From: an uncultured virus (IMG/VR IMGVR_UViG_3300025423_000014)
Lineage: Duplodnaviria; Heunggongvirae; Uroviricota; Caudoviricetes
Virus record (IMG/VR): IMGVR_UViG_3300025423_000014
Direction: 5' to 3' (one strand)
Length of the DNA stretch: 64,000 nucleotides
A program made the position numbers and the translations under genes. The notes beneath the pieces are model-generated. The model saw nothing but the letters and a program-made list of their open reading frames with translations. It made no database searches and was not told where the DNA came from. Position 1 is the first letter of the stretch. Every line of letters starts with the position of its first letter. Shown here one piece after another: positions 46,824 through 56,377 of the stretch.

Positions 46824-48336
46824 TAAAGTAGAGCTTGAAGCTCTTATGCGGGCGTTGCCCCACATGTCGTTAAAAGACAAGCTAGAGCTATTTGAAGATT
46901 TAGAAATTAGGGAAAGACGGGCAAGGTTGTTAGCTGCGGAGCAGTCAATGCTTGGATTTGCAACAGCTGTTTACCCAGGATTTAAGATTGGACCGCACCA
47001 TAAAAAACTTGCCAGAATCTTTACAGATGTGATTGAGGGCAAAAAGCGCAGAGTTATTATCAACATTGCGCCTCGTATGGGCAAGTCAGAATTCAGTTCT
47101 TATTTATTTCCAGCATATTTTTTAGGCAAGTTCCCAGACAAGAAGATCATCATGGGAACGCACACAGCGGGACTCTCAGAAGATTTTGGACGCAGAGTTA
47201 GAAACTTAATTGAATCGGAAGAGTACCATGAAGTTTTCCCTAATACAAACATATCAGACGATCAAAAAGCTGCTGGTAAATGGTCTACGTCAGCCGGTGG
47301 ACAGTACTATGCCGCTGGAGTGGGCGGCGCTTTGGCTGGGAGGGGTGCCGATCTTTTCGTCATTGACGACCCGCACTCGGAGCAAGATGTTAAGGCGAAT
47401 TCACGATTAGCGTTTGATACTGCATGGTCTTGGTTTCAGACGGGACCGCTACAGCGTTTGATGCCAGGCGGCGCTATTATTGTGATCATGACGCGTTGGT
47501 CGATGCTGGACTTAACCGGCAGACTTTTGGACTATCAGATTAAAAACCCCGACTCACTACCTTGGGAGTTGGTTGAACTCCCCGCCATATTAAATGAAGG
47601 CACAGAAGACGAGAAGTCACTTTGGCCGGAGCAGTGGAAACTAGAAGTTTTAAAAACAACCAAAGCCTCAATTGATCCTAGATTTTGGAACGCGCAATAC
47701 ATGCAACAGCCTACGATGGATACATCAGCCATTGTGCCTAGGAAGTCTTGGAGAATTTGGGATAAAGAAGATCCACCACACTGTACATTTGTAATACAAA
47801 CTTGGGATACGGCGTACGAAACAAAGACAAGCGCCGACTATTCTGCGTGTACAACATGGGGTATATTCTTCAATGAAGAAGATAAGATGAAGCCGCATAT
47901 CATTTTATTGGATGCATTTAAGGATAGAATGGCGTTTCCGGATTTAAAAGTAACGGCGCTTAAACACTATAGACAATGGGAACCTGATTCGTTTATTGTT
48001 GAAAAGAAAGCTGCAGGTGCACCGCTGATCCAGGAATTTAGGGCTATGGGTATTTTTGTTGAAGAAGACAATCCAAGCCGAGGCAATGACAAGATGGTCA
48101 GACTTAACGCGGTATCTACTTTGTTTGCATCAGGGGTTGTCTGGGCGCCAGACACACGCTGGGCTAGAGAAGTGATTGAAGAAATTGCTGTGTTCCCTGT
48201 TGGAGAACATGATGACTTTGTGGATACAACAACAATGGCACTGTTAAGATTTAGAAGAGGCGGGTTTGTGCCGCTAGACAGTGATGAGAAAGAAGATCCT
48301 GTGTACTTCAGGCGCAGACAACACGCATACTATTAA
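46795..48336 (+). CDS. terL: Terminase large subunit
   Basis: APRMGKS Walker A, VIDDPH Walker B, WDTA, EKKAAG and HDDFVD nuclease motifs. Confidence 0.92.
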   Translation: MNLQNITTLSKVELEALMRALPHMSLKDKLELFEDLEIRERRARLLAAEQSMLGFATAVYPGFKIGPHHKKLARIFTDVIEGKKRRVIINIAPRMGKSEFSSYLFPAYFLGKFPDKKIIMGTHTAGLSEDFGRRVRNLIESEEYHEVFPNTNISDDQKAAGKWSTSAGGQYYAAGVGGALAGRGADLFVIDDPHSEQDVKANSRLAFDTAWSWFQTGPLQRLMPGGAIIVIMTRWSMLDLTGRLLDYQIKNPDSLPWELVELPAILNEGTEDEKSLWPEQWKLEVLKTTKASIDPRFWNAQYMQQPTMDTSAIVPRKSWRIWDKEDPPHCTFVIQTWDTAYETKTSADYSACTTWGIFFNEEDKMKPHIILLDAFKDRMAFPDLKVTALKHYRQWEPDSFIVEKKAAGAPLIQEFRAMGIFVEEDNPSRGNDKMVRLNAVSTLFASGVVWAPDTRWAREVIEEIAVFPVGEHDDFVDTTTMALLRFRRGGFVPLDSDEKEDPVYFRRRQHAYY

Positions 48337-48346
48337 AGGATAAATA

Positions 48347-50890
48347 ATGGCGACTAATATAGATAAAGCACTATATACGGACGGTGAAAATATAAGTTCA
48401 GACACCACAGATGGTGAAGGACAAGGTATAGAAATTGAGGTCGTTGACCCAGAAGAAGTAAATATCCACGCTGGAGACCTAGAAATTAGCATAGATAAGG
48501 GTGAAAATGAAGATTTTTACGCAAATTTGGTAGAAGAAATACCAGAAAATAAGCTTGCAACGCTTGCTGCAGATCTGTCTGAAGACATAGAAAACGATAA
48601 AAATTCCAGAAAAGACTGGGAAAAAGCCTATGTAATGGGACTCAAGCTAATGGGTCTTCAGTACGAAGAGAGAACGGAGCCTTGGAACGGAGCATCGGGT
48701 GTCTTTCACCCCATGATCACAGAAGCCGTAGTGCGTTTCCAAAGTGAGAGTATCACCGAGATGTTTCCCGCCCAAGGTCCCGTTCGCACTAAGATTATTG
48801 GTAAAGAAACAACAGAGAAAAAAGAGTCTGCAATTCGTGTTGAAGATGACATGAACTATGAATTGACAGAAGTGATGACGGAATTTAGACCTGAGCATGA
48901 AAGAATGTTGTGGAGCCTACCCGCAACAGGGTCTGCGTTCAAAAAAGTCTATGACGATATAGGTTTGGGGCGCCAAACATCTGTATTTGTTCCAGCAGAA
49001 GACGTACTTTTACCATACGGCACAACAGATATGGACACGTGTTACAGAATTACACACGTAATGCGCAAAACAAAAAATGAAATTTTAAAATTACAAAAAG
49101 CAGGGTTCTATTTAGACTGTGATTTACCAGAACCCACACAGCTTCGTGACGATATTCAAAAAGCCAAAGATAAAGAGACGGGATTTAGCGACTTAAACGA
49201 TGATCGTTATGTAATATATGAAGTCCATGCGGATTTAGACATGCCTGGCTTTGAAGATGAAGACGGTATAGCTTTGCCTTACGTGGTAACGTTGATTAAA
49301 GGAAGTAATAATGTCTTGTCAATTCGGCGCAACTGGAAAGAAAACGACAAAAACAGACTCAAACGCCAACATTTCATCCATTACCAGTTCATCCCAGGCT
49401 TTGGCGCATACGGATTCGGATACTTCCACATCATTGGAGGCTATGCCAAGTCGGCGACAAGCATTATGCGTCAATTGGTCGACGCGGGAACTTTATCTAA
49501 CCTGCCCGGAGGTCTTAAGTCCAGAGGACTTCGCGTTAAAGGTGATGATACACCCATTGCACCAGGAGAATTCAGGGACGTAGACATTGCATCAGGTCCT
49601 TTGCGTGACAATATTTTGCCACTCCCATACAAAGAGCCAAGCGCTGTTTTAGCTGGGTTACTTGACAAGATTATTGAGCAAGGCAAAGAGATGGCGGCAA
49701 CAGCCGACATGAAGATTTCTGACATGTCCAGTCAGGCTCCTGTTGGAACTACTTTTGCAATCCTTGAGCGCCAGTTAAAAGTGATGTCTGCCGTACAGGC
49801 AAGGATGCATTTTGCATTTAAACAAGAATTAAAACTTCTTGCACAGTTAATTAAGCAAGATTCACCAGAAGACTATGAGTACGAACCCGAATACGGTTCA
49901 CGATCTGCAAAACAGTCAGATTATGACAATGTTGATATTATTCCTGTAAGTGATCCCAATGCAGCAACATTATCACAACGTGTAGTTCAGTATCAGGCAG
50001 TGATTCAAATGGCGCAACAAGCGCCTGAAATATACGACTTACCAGAACTGCACAGACGCATGTTAGAAGTTATGGGTGTTAAGGGTGCAGACAAACTTGT
50101 GCCTTTACCAGATGATCAAAAACCAAAAGACCCTGTATCAGAAAACATGGCGCTACTGCGTAGCGAACCTGCAAAAGCGTTTTTCTACCAAGACCATCAG
50201 TCGCATATTCAAGTGCACATGGCGATGATGCAAGACCCAAGTATTCAGCAATTGATTGGGCAAAATCCAAAAGCACCAATGATTCAAGCGGCGATCATGG
50301 CGCATATTGCAGAACACGTTGCATTTAAATACAGGCAAGATATTGAACAACGCCTTGGTATGCCAGTACCAGATACAGATGAGAAGATGGCGCCCCAAAT
50401 CGAGCTTCAATTGTCAGGCATGATGGCACAAGCGGCATCCCAAGTACTTCAACAAAGTCAACATCAAGCTGCCCAACAACAGGCTCAACAACAAGCACAA
50501 GACCCGCTTATTCAAATGCAACAGCAAGAACTGCAAATTCGTCAACAAGAAGTGCAGATCAAAGCGCAAGAAGCCCAGGCTAGAGCACAAGAAGCACAGG
50601 CTAAATTGGCACTTGAAGACCGCAAAATACAGATACAAGCGCTTGAAAAGACACATGAAATACAGGCTAGAGAGAAAGATAGCCGTATGAATATGCTCAG
50701 TAAAGCCGCAGATATTCATCAAAAAACCAGAGATCAAGGCATTGATATGGTCAAACATGCTGCTCAACACAAGCATGAATTAGAAATACAACGTCAAGGG
50801 CATGGAGTAGATCTTGCCACACATGTTTCCCAGCTTGAACATGAAAAACAACAAGCCGCTAAAACACCAAAGGAACAACTTAAAAAATGA
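48347..50890 (+). CDS. Portal protein with long Gln-rich C-terminal coiled coil
   Basis: Follows terL; HPMITEAVVRFQ, GSAFKKVY, YGFG motifs. Confidence 0.8.
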   Translation: MATNIDKALYTDGENISSDTTDGEGQGIEIEVVDPEEVNIHAGDLEISIDKGENEDFYANLVEEIPENKLATLAADLSEDIENDKNSRKDWEKAYVMGLKLMGLQYEERTEPWNGASGVFHPMITEAVVRFQSESITEMFPAQGPVRTKIIGKETTEKKESAIRVEDDMNYELTEVMTEFRPEHERMLWSLPATGSAFKKVYDDIGLGRQTSVFVPAEDVLLPYGTTDMDTCYRITHVMRKTKNEILKLQKAGFYLDCDLPEPTQLRDDIQKAKDKETGFSDLNDDRYVIYEVHADLDMPGFEDEDGIALPYVVTLIKGSNNVLSIRRNWKENDKNRLKRQHFIHYQFIPGFGAYGFGYFHIIGGYAKSATSIMRQLVDAGTLSNLPGGLKSRGLRVKGDDTPIAPGEFRDVDIASGPLRDNILPLPYKEPSAVLAGLLDKIIEQGKEMAATADMKISDMSSQAPVGTTFAILERQLKVMSAVQARMHFAFKQELKLLAQLIKQDSPEDYEYEPEYGSRSAKQSDYDNVDIIPVSDPNAATLSQRVVQYQAVIQMAQQAPEIYDLPELHRRMLEVMGVKGADKLVPLPDDQKPKDPVSENMALLRSEPAKAFFYQDHQSHIQVHMAMMQDPSIQQLIGQNPKAPMIQAAIMAHIAEHVAFKYRQDIEQRLGMPVPDTDEKMAPQIELQLSGMMAQAASQVLQQSQHQAAQQQAQQQAQDPLIQMQQQELQIRQQEVQIKAQEAQARAQEAQAKLALEDRKIQIQALEKTHEIQAREKDSRMNMLSKAADIHQKTRDQGIDMVKHAAQHKHELEIQRQGHGVDLATHVSQLEHEKQQAAKTPKEQLKK

Positions 50891-51081
50891 TAGCCAACTT
50901 CGCAGACGCGCTGCGCAAACAATTACGCAAACAAATGAACGATTACGCAGACGACATGGCAACAGGTCAATGCGCATCTTTTGAACAATATCAAAAACTC
51001 TGTGGGGTGATTTCGGGTCTAGCCATCGCAGAGGGTTTATTACTTGACCTGCTAGAAAAGGTAGAAAAATCAGATGAGTGA
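50887..51081 (+). CDS. Small hypothetical head-module protein
   Basis: Y..LCG.I.GL motif; between portal and GroES. Confidence 0.6.
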   Translation: MIANFADALRKQLRKQMNDYADDMATGQCASFEQYQKLCGVISGLAIAEGLLLDLLEKVEKSDE

Positions 51082-51511
51082 ACTTGTACTTCCAGACTAT
51101 TTAAAGCTCAAGCCCACGGTGGAAGTAATTGAACAAATTACCAAACCACCAGAAAAAGACGAAGACAAGCCAACACTTTTGCCTAACCCATCCGGGTACA
51201 GGCTTTTGTGTAGCGTACCCCAGGTCTCTAAAAAGATTGACGGTACTGAGCTAGATCTTGAGCGTCCTGACTTCTACGCCAAACAAGAAGAACACGCAAC
51301 CACTGTGTTGTTTGTTTTAAAAGTTGGTCCAGATGCGTACGCAGACAAAACCAAATTCCCTAGTGGACCTTGGTGCAAGGAAGGTGACTTCATTATGGTT
51401 CGTACCTATGCAGGTACGCGTTTCAAAATTTACGGCAACGAATTCAGGTTCATCAATGATGATGAAGTAGACGGTGTTGTAGATGATCCCCGCGGAATAA
51501 CCCGTGCTTAA
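51074..51511 (+). CDS. groES: Co-chaperonin GroES (Cpn10) homologue
   Basis: P.GYRLL, VLKVGPDAY, KEGD....YAGT, INDDEV..V. Confidence 0.8.
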   Translation: MSELVLPDYLKLKPTVEVIEQITKPPEKDEDKPTLLPNPSGYRLLCSVPQVSKKIDGTELDLERPDFYAKQEEHATTVLFVLKVGPDAYADKTKFPSGPWCKEGDFIMVRTYAGTRFKIYGNEFRFINDDEVDGVVDDPRGITRA

Positions 51512-51522
51512 AAGGAAAAACA

Positions 51523-52479
51523 ATGGCAGAATTTAAAGGCGAAGATTTCAAATTCCCTGATGAAATCGAAACAGAAGAAAAGATAAAGGTAGAAAGTACA
51601 CACGACGATGAAATAGATATTGAGATCGTCGACGACACACCTGAACGAGACAGAGGTCGCAGACCACTTGATCGTGAGGTAGAAGACCCAACTGATGATG
51701 AAATTAATCAGTACACAAAGGGTGCACAAGAAAGAATTAAAGAACTCACACACGCAAGACACGACGAACGTAGAGCTAAAGAAGCAGCGCTTCGTGAACG
51801 CCAAGAACTTGATAAACTTGCACAGCGTTTGTTGGAAGAAAACAACAATTTAAAACGTTTTGTAAACTCAAGTAGTGAGCAAACAACACAGATGGCTAAG
51901 ACTGCTGCAGAAGCAGAGCTTGACAAAGCCAGACGTGAGTATAAAGCGGCACAAGAAGCGTTCGATACAGACGCTATTATTGCTGCTCAAGAAGCATTGA
52001 CTGAAGCCAAAATGAGAGTGGAGTCGGTAAAAAATTATAGACCGGCCCCTTTACAAGTTGAAAAAGAAGATGTATATTCGCAACAACAAGTCCAACCTGT
52101 TCAACCAGACGAAAAAACCTTGCGCTGGCAAGCTAAAAACCAGTGGTTTGGGGCACAGGGATTTGAAGAAATTACCAGTTATGCACTAGGACTGCACCAA
52201 AAACTAGTCAACTCCGGGGTTGATCCTCGCTCAGATCAGTATTACGAGACTATTGACTCTCGCATAAAAAAGACCTTTCCGGATGTTTTTGGAGAGGCAG
52301 CGGTATCGTCTGAGACTCCAAGTAAAAAAACACCATCTGTAACTGCGCCAACAAGCAGGTCTTCCGGAACAAAGAAGATTCAACTTACAACCACGCAAAT
52401 GGCGTTGGCAAAGAAATTCAAGATGGATCCTAAAGTGTATGCTGCAGAAGTTTTAAAATTGGAGAAACAAAATGGCTGA
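51523..52479 (+). CDS. Probable capsid scaffolding protein
   Basis: Acidic coiled-coil protein upstream of the capsid genes; terminal helix-loop-helix (QMALAKKFKM....YA). Confidence 0.6.
   Translation: MAEFKGEDFKFPDEIETEEKIKVESTHDDEIDIEIVDDTPERDRGRRPLDREVEDPTDDEINQYTKGAQERIKELTHARHDERRAKEAALRERQELDKLAQRLLEENNNLKRFVNSSSEQTTQMAKTAAEAELDKARREYKAAQEAFDTDAIIAAQEALTEAKMRVESVKNYRPAPLQVEKEDVYSQQQVQPVQPDEKTLRWQAKNQWFGAQGFEEITSYALGLHQKLVNSGVDPRSDQYYETIDSRIKKTFPDVFGEAAVSSETPSKKTPSVTAPTSRSSGTKKIQLTTTQMALAKKFKMDPKVYAAEVLKLEKQNG
52050..52078 (+). promoter_or_regulatory. Internal sigma70-like promoter TTTACA-N17-TATATT
   Basis: Within the scaffold gene, oriented toward the capsid genes. Confidence 0.4.
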
Positions 52480-52924
52480 TAACCGTACCCCCCGTGATTT
52501 AACAACCCGTGACAAGAATGTTCGATATGTGTACACACCATCGAGCAAACTGCCTGACCCAACCCCCATTCCTGGAATGTCTTTCCGTTGGATTGCGACG
52601 CATGTTATGAGCATTGCCGACCCAACTAACGTGTCAAAAAAGCGCAGAGATGGCTGGGAACCAGTCAAGGCGGCGGATCATCCTGAGCTTATGCTTGAAG
52701 GTAACGCTAGTGGAAACGTAGAAATTGGTGGCTTGATGCTTTGCAAAATGCCAACAGAACGCGTAGAAGCTATGGACGAATACTATCAAAGACAAAATAG
52801 AGCACAGATGGAGTCAGTTGATAATAATTTCTTGAAAAACCAAGACCCCCGTATGGCTACTTTGTTTTCTGAACGCCAGTCAACAAGTACCAGAGGTAGT
52901 GTTTTTGGTAACGGTTCTAAATAA
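52472..52924 (+). CDS. Hypothetical head-module protein
   Basis: FRWI...GWEPV...GGLMLCKMP. Confidence 0.6.
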   Translation: MADNRTPRDLTTRDKNVRYVYTPSSKLPDPTPIPGMSFRWIATHVMSIADPTNVSKKRRDGWEPVKAADHPELMLEGNASGNVEIGGLMLCKMPTERVEAMDEYYQRQNRAQMESVDNNFLKNQDPRMATLFSERQSTSTRGSVFGNGSK

Positions 52925-52939
52925 CTTAGGAGTTTTTAA

Positions 52940-53839
52940 ATGGCATATCCTATCGTTCCCGCAGCTTACGGCTTAAAGCCTGTAAGTCTGTCAGGTGGTA
53001 GAGTGTTTTCTGGTTCTACCAGACTCATTCCTATCGCTTCTGGCTATGGCTACAACTTGTTCGACGGTGACGTTGTTACAGCAAGTGGTGGTTCATTAGT
53101 TGTTACAACTCTCGGTGCAGCATCTTCAGCTGTTGCTGGTACTATCGGTGTTTTTGTTGGTGCTCAATACATCAACTCAATGAGCCAAACAGTACGTGCA
53201 CAGTACTACCCTGCTAACACCGTCACTAACGCCGCTTATGGACCTAACAGTCTGCAAGGCTATGTTGTTGATGATCCTTTAGCTGTGTTCCAAGCCGCTG
53301 TATTGACACAGAGCACTTCTGTATCTAACACACCTGGCGCTACTATTGGTTATGTAAACCCATCTTTCATTGGGTCTAACATGTACTTGGTAACAAACGG
53401 TTCTAACGGTGGATCAGCTTCTGGTAACACAAACACAGGTGACTCAGCAATGGGTTTAACTGGTGGTGCTATCACTTCTGGTACACAAGGTAATACTCGT
53501 ATTACTTCAAGCGCACCTTTCCGTGTTGTTAACGTAGTTCCAGACACAGCAGTTACTGTTACAGCCACAAGCGGTACAGCAACTTCTTCTAGCGCAACAT
53601 TGACAATTACTGCAGCTAATACAGCTATTAGCCCCGGTATGCAGGTGATCATTCCAGGCGTTACTGGCGCATTGGCAGGTAACTTTTTGACATTGACTAA
53701 CATCAGTGGCACAACACTTACTTTGTCTGCTTCAGTTACAGTCCCAGCAGGATCAGCTATATCTTTTGTTGGTTATCCAGAAGTCCAAGTTCAGTGGAAC
53801 TTTGGTTACCATGCGTACATGAACGCAACAGCAGCTTAA
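52940..53839 (+). CDS. Probable capsid decoration/cement protein
   Basis: YGLKP...V.DDP..VF; directly upstream of the major capsid gene. Confidence 0.55.
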   Translation: MAYPIVPAAYGLKPVSLSGGRVFSGSTRLIPIASGYGYNLFDGDVVTASGGSLVVTTLGAASSAVAGTIGVFVGAQYINSMSQTVRAQYYPANTVTNAAYGPNSLQGYVVDDPLAVFQAAVLTQSTSVSNTPGATIGYVNPSFIGSNMYLVTNGSNGGSASGNTNTGDSAMGLTGGAITSGTQGNTRITSSAPFRVVNVVPDTAVTVTATSGTATSSSATLTITAANTAISPGMQVIIPGVTGALAGNFLTLTNISGTTLTLSASVTVPAGSAISFVGYPEVQVQWNFGYHAYMNATAA

Positions 53840-53854
53840 TTAAGGAGCATATAA

Positions 53855-54757
53855 ATGGCTATTTCACGCGCACAACTATTGAAAGAGTTGCTTCCTGGAT
53901 TGAACGCTCTGTTCGGTTTAGAGTATGCAAGATACGGCGAAGAGCACAAAGAGATTTACGAAACAGAAACCTCTGAGCGTTCTTTTGAAGAAGAAACGAA
54001 ACTTTCAGGTTTCTCTGCTGCACCAGTTAAAAACGAGGGCGCCGCTCTTGCTTATGACAATGCACAGGAAGCATGGACAGCTCGTTACAACCACGAAACA
54101 ATTGCTCTTGGATTCTCAATCACTGAAGAAGCGATTGAAGATAACTTGTATGACTCTTTGTCAGCACGTTATACCAAGGCTCTTGCCCGCGCTATGGCGT
54201 ACACAAAACAGGTTAAAGCCGCTTCTCCTTTAAACAATGGATACAACGCATCTATTGTTGGTGGCGACAACCAACCTTTGTTCTCCACAGCACACCCCTT
54301 AGTTAACGGCGCAACAAACGCTAACACATTCACAACTCCTGCTGATTTGAACGAGACTTCATTAGAAGCCGCCGTTATTCAAATCGCTGGTTGGACAGAT
54401 GAGCGTGGTTTGTTGATCGCTGCTAGACCTAAGAAACTCATTGTTCCACCATCATTAATGTTCGTTGCTACTCGCCTCTTAGAGACAGAGTTGCGCGTTG
54501 GTACAAACAACAACGACATTAACGCTATTAAGAACAATGGAGCAATTCCTGAAGGCTACACCGTAAACCACTTCTTGACATCAACCAACACATGGTTCTT
54601 GACAACTGACGTGCCAAACGGAATGAAGCACTTTGAGCGTATTGCTTTACAAAATTCAATGGACGGGGACTTCGACACCGGCAACGTTCGCTACAAATCA
54701 AGAGAGCGTTACAGCTTCGGTTGGTCTGACCCTCTTGGAATGTTTAGTTCTTACTAA
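53855..54757 (+). CDS. Major capsid protein (Mu gpT-like)
   Basis: MAISRAQLLKELLPGLNALFG...PKKLIVPP...RYKSRERYSFGWSD; followed by a terminator. Confidence 0.85.
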   Translation: MAISRAQLLKELLPGLNALFGLEYARYGEEHKEIYETETSERSFEEETKLSGFSAAPVKNEGAALAYDNAQEAWTARYNHETIALGFSITEEAIEDNLYDSLSARYTKALARAMAYTKQVKAASPLNNGYNASIVGGDNQPLFSTAHPLVNGATNANTFTTPADLNETSLEAAVIQIAGWTDERGLLIAARPKKLIVPPSLMFVATRLLETELRVGTNNNDINAIKNNGAIPEGYTVNHFLTSTNTWFLTTDVPNGMKHFERIALQNSMDGDFDTGNVRYKSRERYSFGWSDPLGMFSSY

Positions 54758-54781
54758 TAGGATTGGGAGTTTCCCGGTCGG

Positions 54782-54809
54782 AGGGGTCCTCAAAAGGGAC
54801 CCCTTTTTA
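54782..54809 (+). terminator. Rho-independent terminator after the capsid gene
   Basis: AGGGGTCCT-CAAAA-GGGACCCCT followed by a T tract. Confidence 0.8.
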
Positions 54810-54849
54810 TTTGTGCTACAATTACCTGTGTCGTAATAAAGGAGTTAAT

Positions 54850-55434
54850 ATGGACTATCCAACAACAAGAGAAGAAGCAAAGAAAACTGGTGCTAAGTAT
54901 TACTTTACGGGGCAGCCTTGCAAACACGGGCATGTAGCATTGCGCAAAACAAAGGGTTCGTGCGTAGACTGTTTAAAGGTTGAATGGGCTAAAGGTAATG
55001 AAACTCGCGCAGAATACTTTAAGCAATACAACCAATCCGATGCAGGACAAAAAGCCAAAAAAGATTATTATGAGCGTAATAAGGAACAAGTAATTGCTAG
55101 GGCGGCTGCAAGACCTGTGGAGCAACGCAAAATGCACAGAGAAAAATATAAGGCGCAAAACCCAGAACTTTATAAAGCGTTTGTAAGTGTTCGTAGACGC
55201 AGACATAAAAACGCAACCCCCAAATGGATTACCCCAGAACAAAAGTTGGCTATGCGCAATTTATATCTTCAAGCGCAAGCATTAACAAAAGCTACAGGTG
55301 AACGCTATGTAGTTGACCATATTATTCCTTTAATTTCGCCAGAAGTGTGTGGGTTGCATGTGCCTTGGAACTTAAGAGTTATTACACAAGAAGAAAACCT
55401 AATAAAATCAAACAAAATACCTACACAAAATTAA
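54850..55434 (+). CDS. HNH homing-type endonuclease
   Basis: YFTG.PCKHGH...CVDC N-terminus; VDHIIPL...CGLHVPWNL...EN; likely start at 54850. Confidence 0.85.
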   Translation: MDYPTTREEAKKTGAKYYFTGQPCKHGHVALRKTKGSCVDCLKVEWAKGNETRAEYFKQYNQSDAGQKAKKDYYERNKEQVIARAAARPVEQRKMHREKYKAQNPELYKAFVSVRRRRHKNATPKWITPEQKLAMRNLYLQAQALTKATGERYVVDHIIPLISPEVCGLHVPWNLRVITQEENLIKSNKIPTQN

Positions 55435-55517
55435 ACTTTTACTGTATTGTAAGCGTCATAAATACTGGGTAACATGAGAATACAGCGCCGTGCTGTACTA
55501 ATTTTTTGGAGATTTAA

Positions 55518-55814
55518 ATGTTGACAGTTATTATTAAAGGCGAGACTCTTGAAGATTTAGCACAAGCAATTGAAACAGCTTTAGAGCAAGTTGAAGCTTT
55601 TTTGATTGAGCAAGACGAAGAAGTATTTGAATACGATGACGATGGTTATTTATATGATGCAGAAAACGATGAGTTATTCTGGTTAGATTTTGACACCGGA
55701 GTTGAGTATTACTACGACGAAGAGCAAGATGCTTGGTTTGAAACAGGCGATGTTATGGATGTTGTAGTAGAAGATGACTTTGTAGAAGACGAGCAAGAAG
55801 TAGATTTCGAGTAA
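55518..55814 (+). CDS. Hyperacidic 98-aa protein (DNA-mimic candidate)
   Basis: 37 Asp/Glu, one Lys, no Arg; rich in aromatic residues; GGAG RBS. Confidence 0.7.
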   Translation: MLTVIIKGETLEDLAQAIETALEQVEAFLIEQDEEVFEYDDDGYLYDAENDELFWLDFDTGVEYYYDEEQDAWFETGDVMDVVVEDDFVEDEQEVDFE

Positions 55815-55839
55815 TATTTTTTGCGGGATGATCTAACAT

Positions 55840-56250
55840 TTAGGATGCCTCATTGATAAAGGGGCCGTCGGAGTTTAAATCTCCGTCCCGCAATTTCTTA
55901 GCTTTCTTTTCTTCACGTAACTCATAGTGGTGTATTCGGTGGCAATTTGCGCATAATACGATACATTTAGCTGCCTCCTCATACGCTTTTTTCCAAGACT
56001 TATTTCGCACAAATTCATGAACTGCCCCTAACTTATTACTGGGGTCTATATGATGAAAATCCATAGCAGCAGGGTGTGCAAAGCCACATGCCGCACACTC
56101 TAGCCCAAGTCTATGTGCTTCCCAAATACGTTTATATTCAATACGATTACTTTTCGTTCTTTGTTTAGTTAACTCTTTGTTGTTTTGATAGTGCTTAGAT
56201 GACGCTTTTTTGTTAACTTCTTTACGTTTTTGTGGGTCTTTATATGGCAT
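55840..56250 (-). CDS. HNH endonuclease on the opposite strand
   Basis: CAACG...DFHH.DP..K...KC..LCANCHRIHH; likely start MPYKD. Confidence 0.85.
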   Translation of the reverse strand: MPYKDPQKRKEVNKKASSKHYQNNKELTKQRTKSNRIEYKRIWEAHRLGLECAACGFAHPAAMDFHHIDPSNKLGAVHEFVRNKSWKKAYEEAAKCIVLCANCHRIHHYELREEKKAKKLRDGDLNSDGPFINEAS

Positions 56251-56255
56251 AACGC

Positions 56256-56283
56256 TTGACACAAGTTAAAACCGTGCTATAGT
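56256..56283 (+). promoter_or_regulatory. Strong sigma70-like promoter TTGACA-N16-TATAGT with extended -10 TG
   Basis: TTGACA at 56256-56261, TG at 56275-56276, TATAGT at 56278-56283. Confidence 0.65.
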
Positions 56284-56292
56284 ATCACACAT

Positions 56293-56363
56293 CTGGGATT
56301 CAAACCTTGTTGCCAGCCCACCCAGGGGTCACGATGCAACGATTAACAAGGTAACTTTTGCAT
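56293..56363 (+). ncRNA. Pseudoknotted structured leader, possibly a Mu-gpT-DE-like RNA motif
   Basis: Three interleaved pairings CTGGG/CCCAG, ACCTTGTT/AACAAGGT, ATGCAA/TTGCAT; downstream of a gpT-like capsid gene. Confidence 0.5.
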
Positions 56364-56377
56364 AAGGATTAAAAGTC

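Noticed and set aside
56293..56352. HDV-like ribozyme
   Set aside because: No P3/L3 hairpin can be formed between the first two helices, so the topology does not fit.
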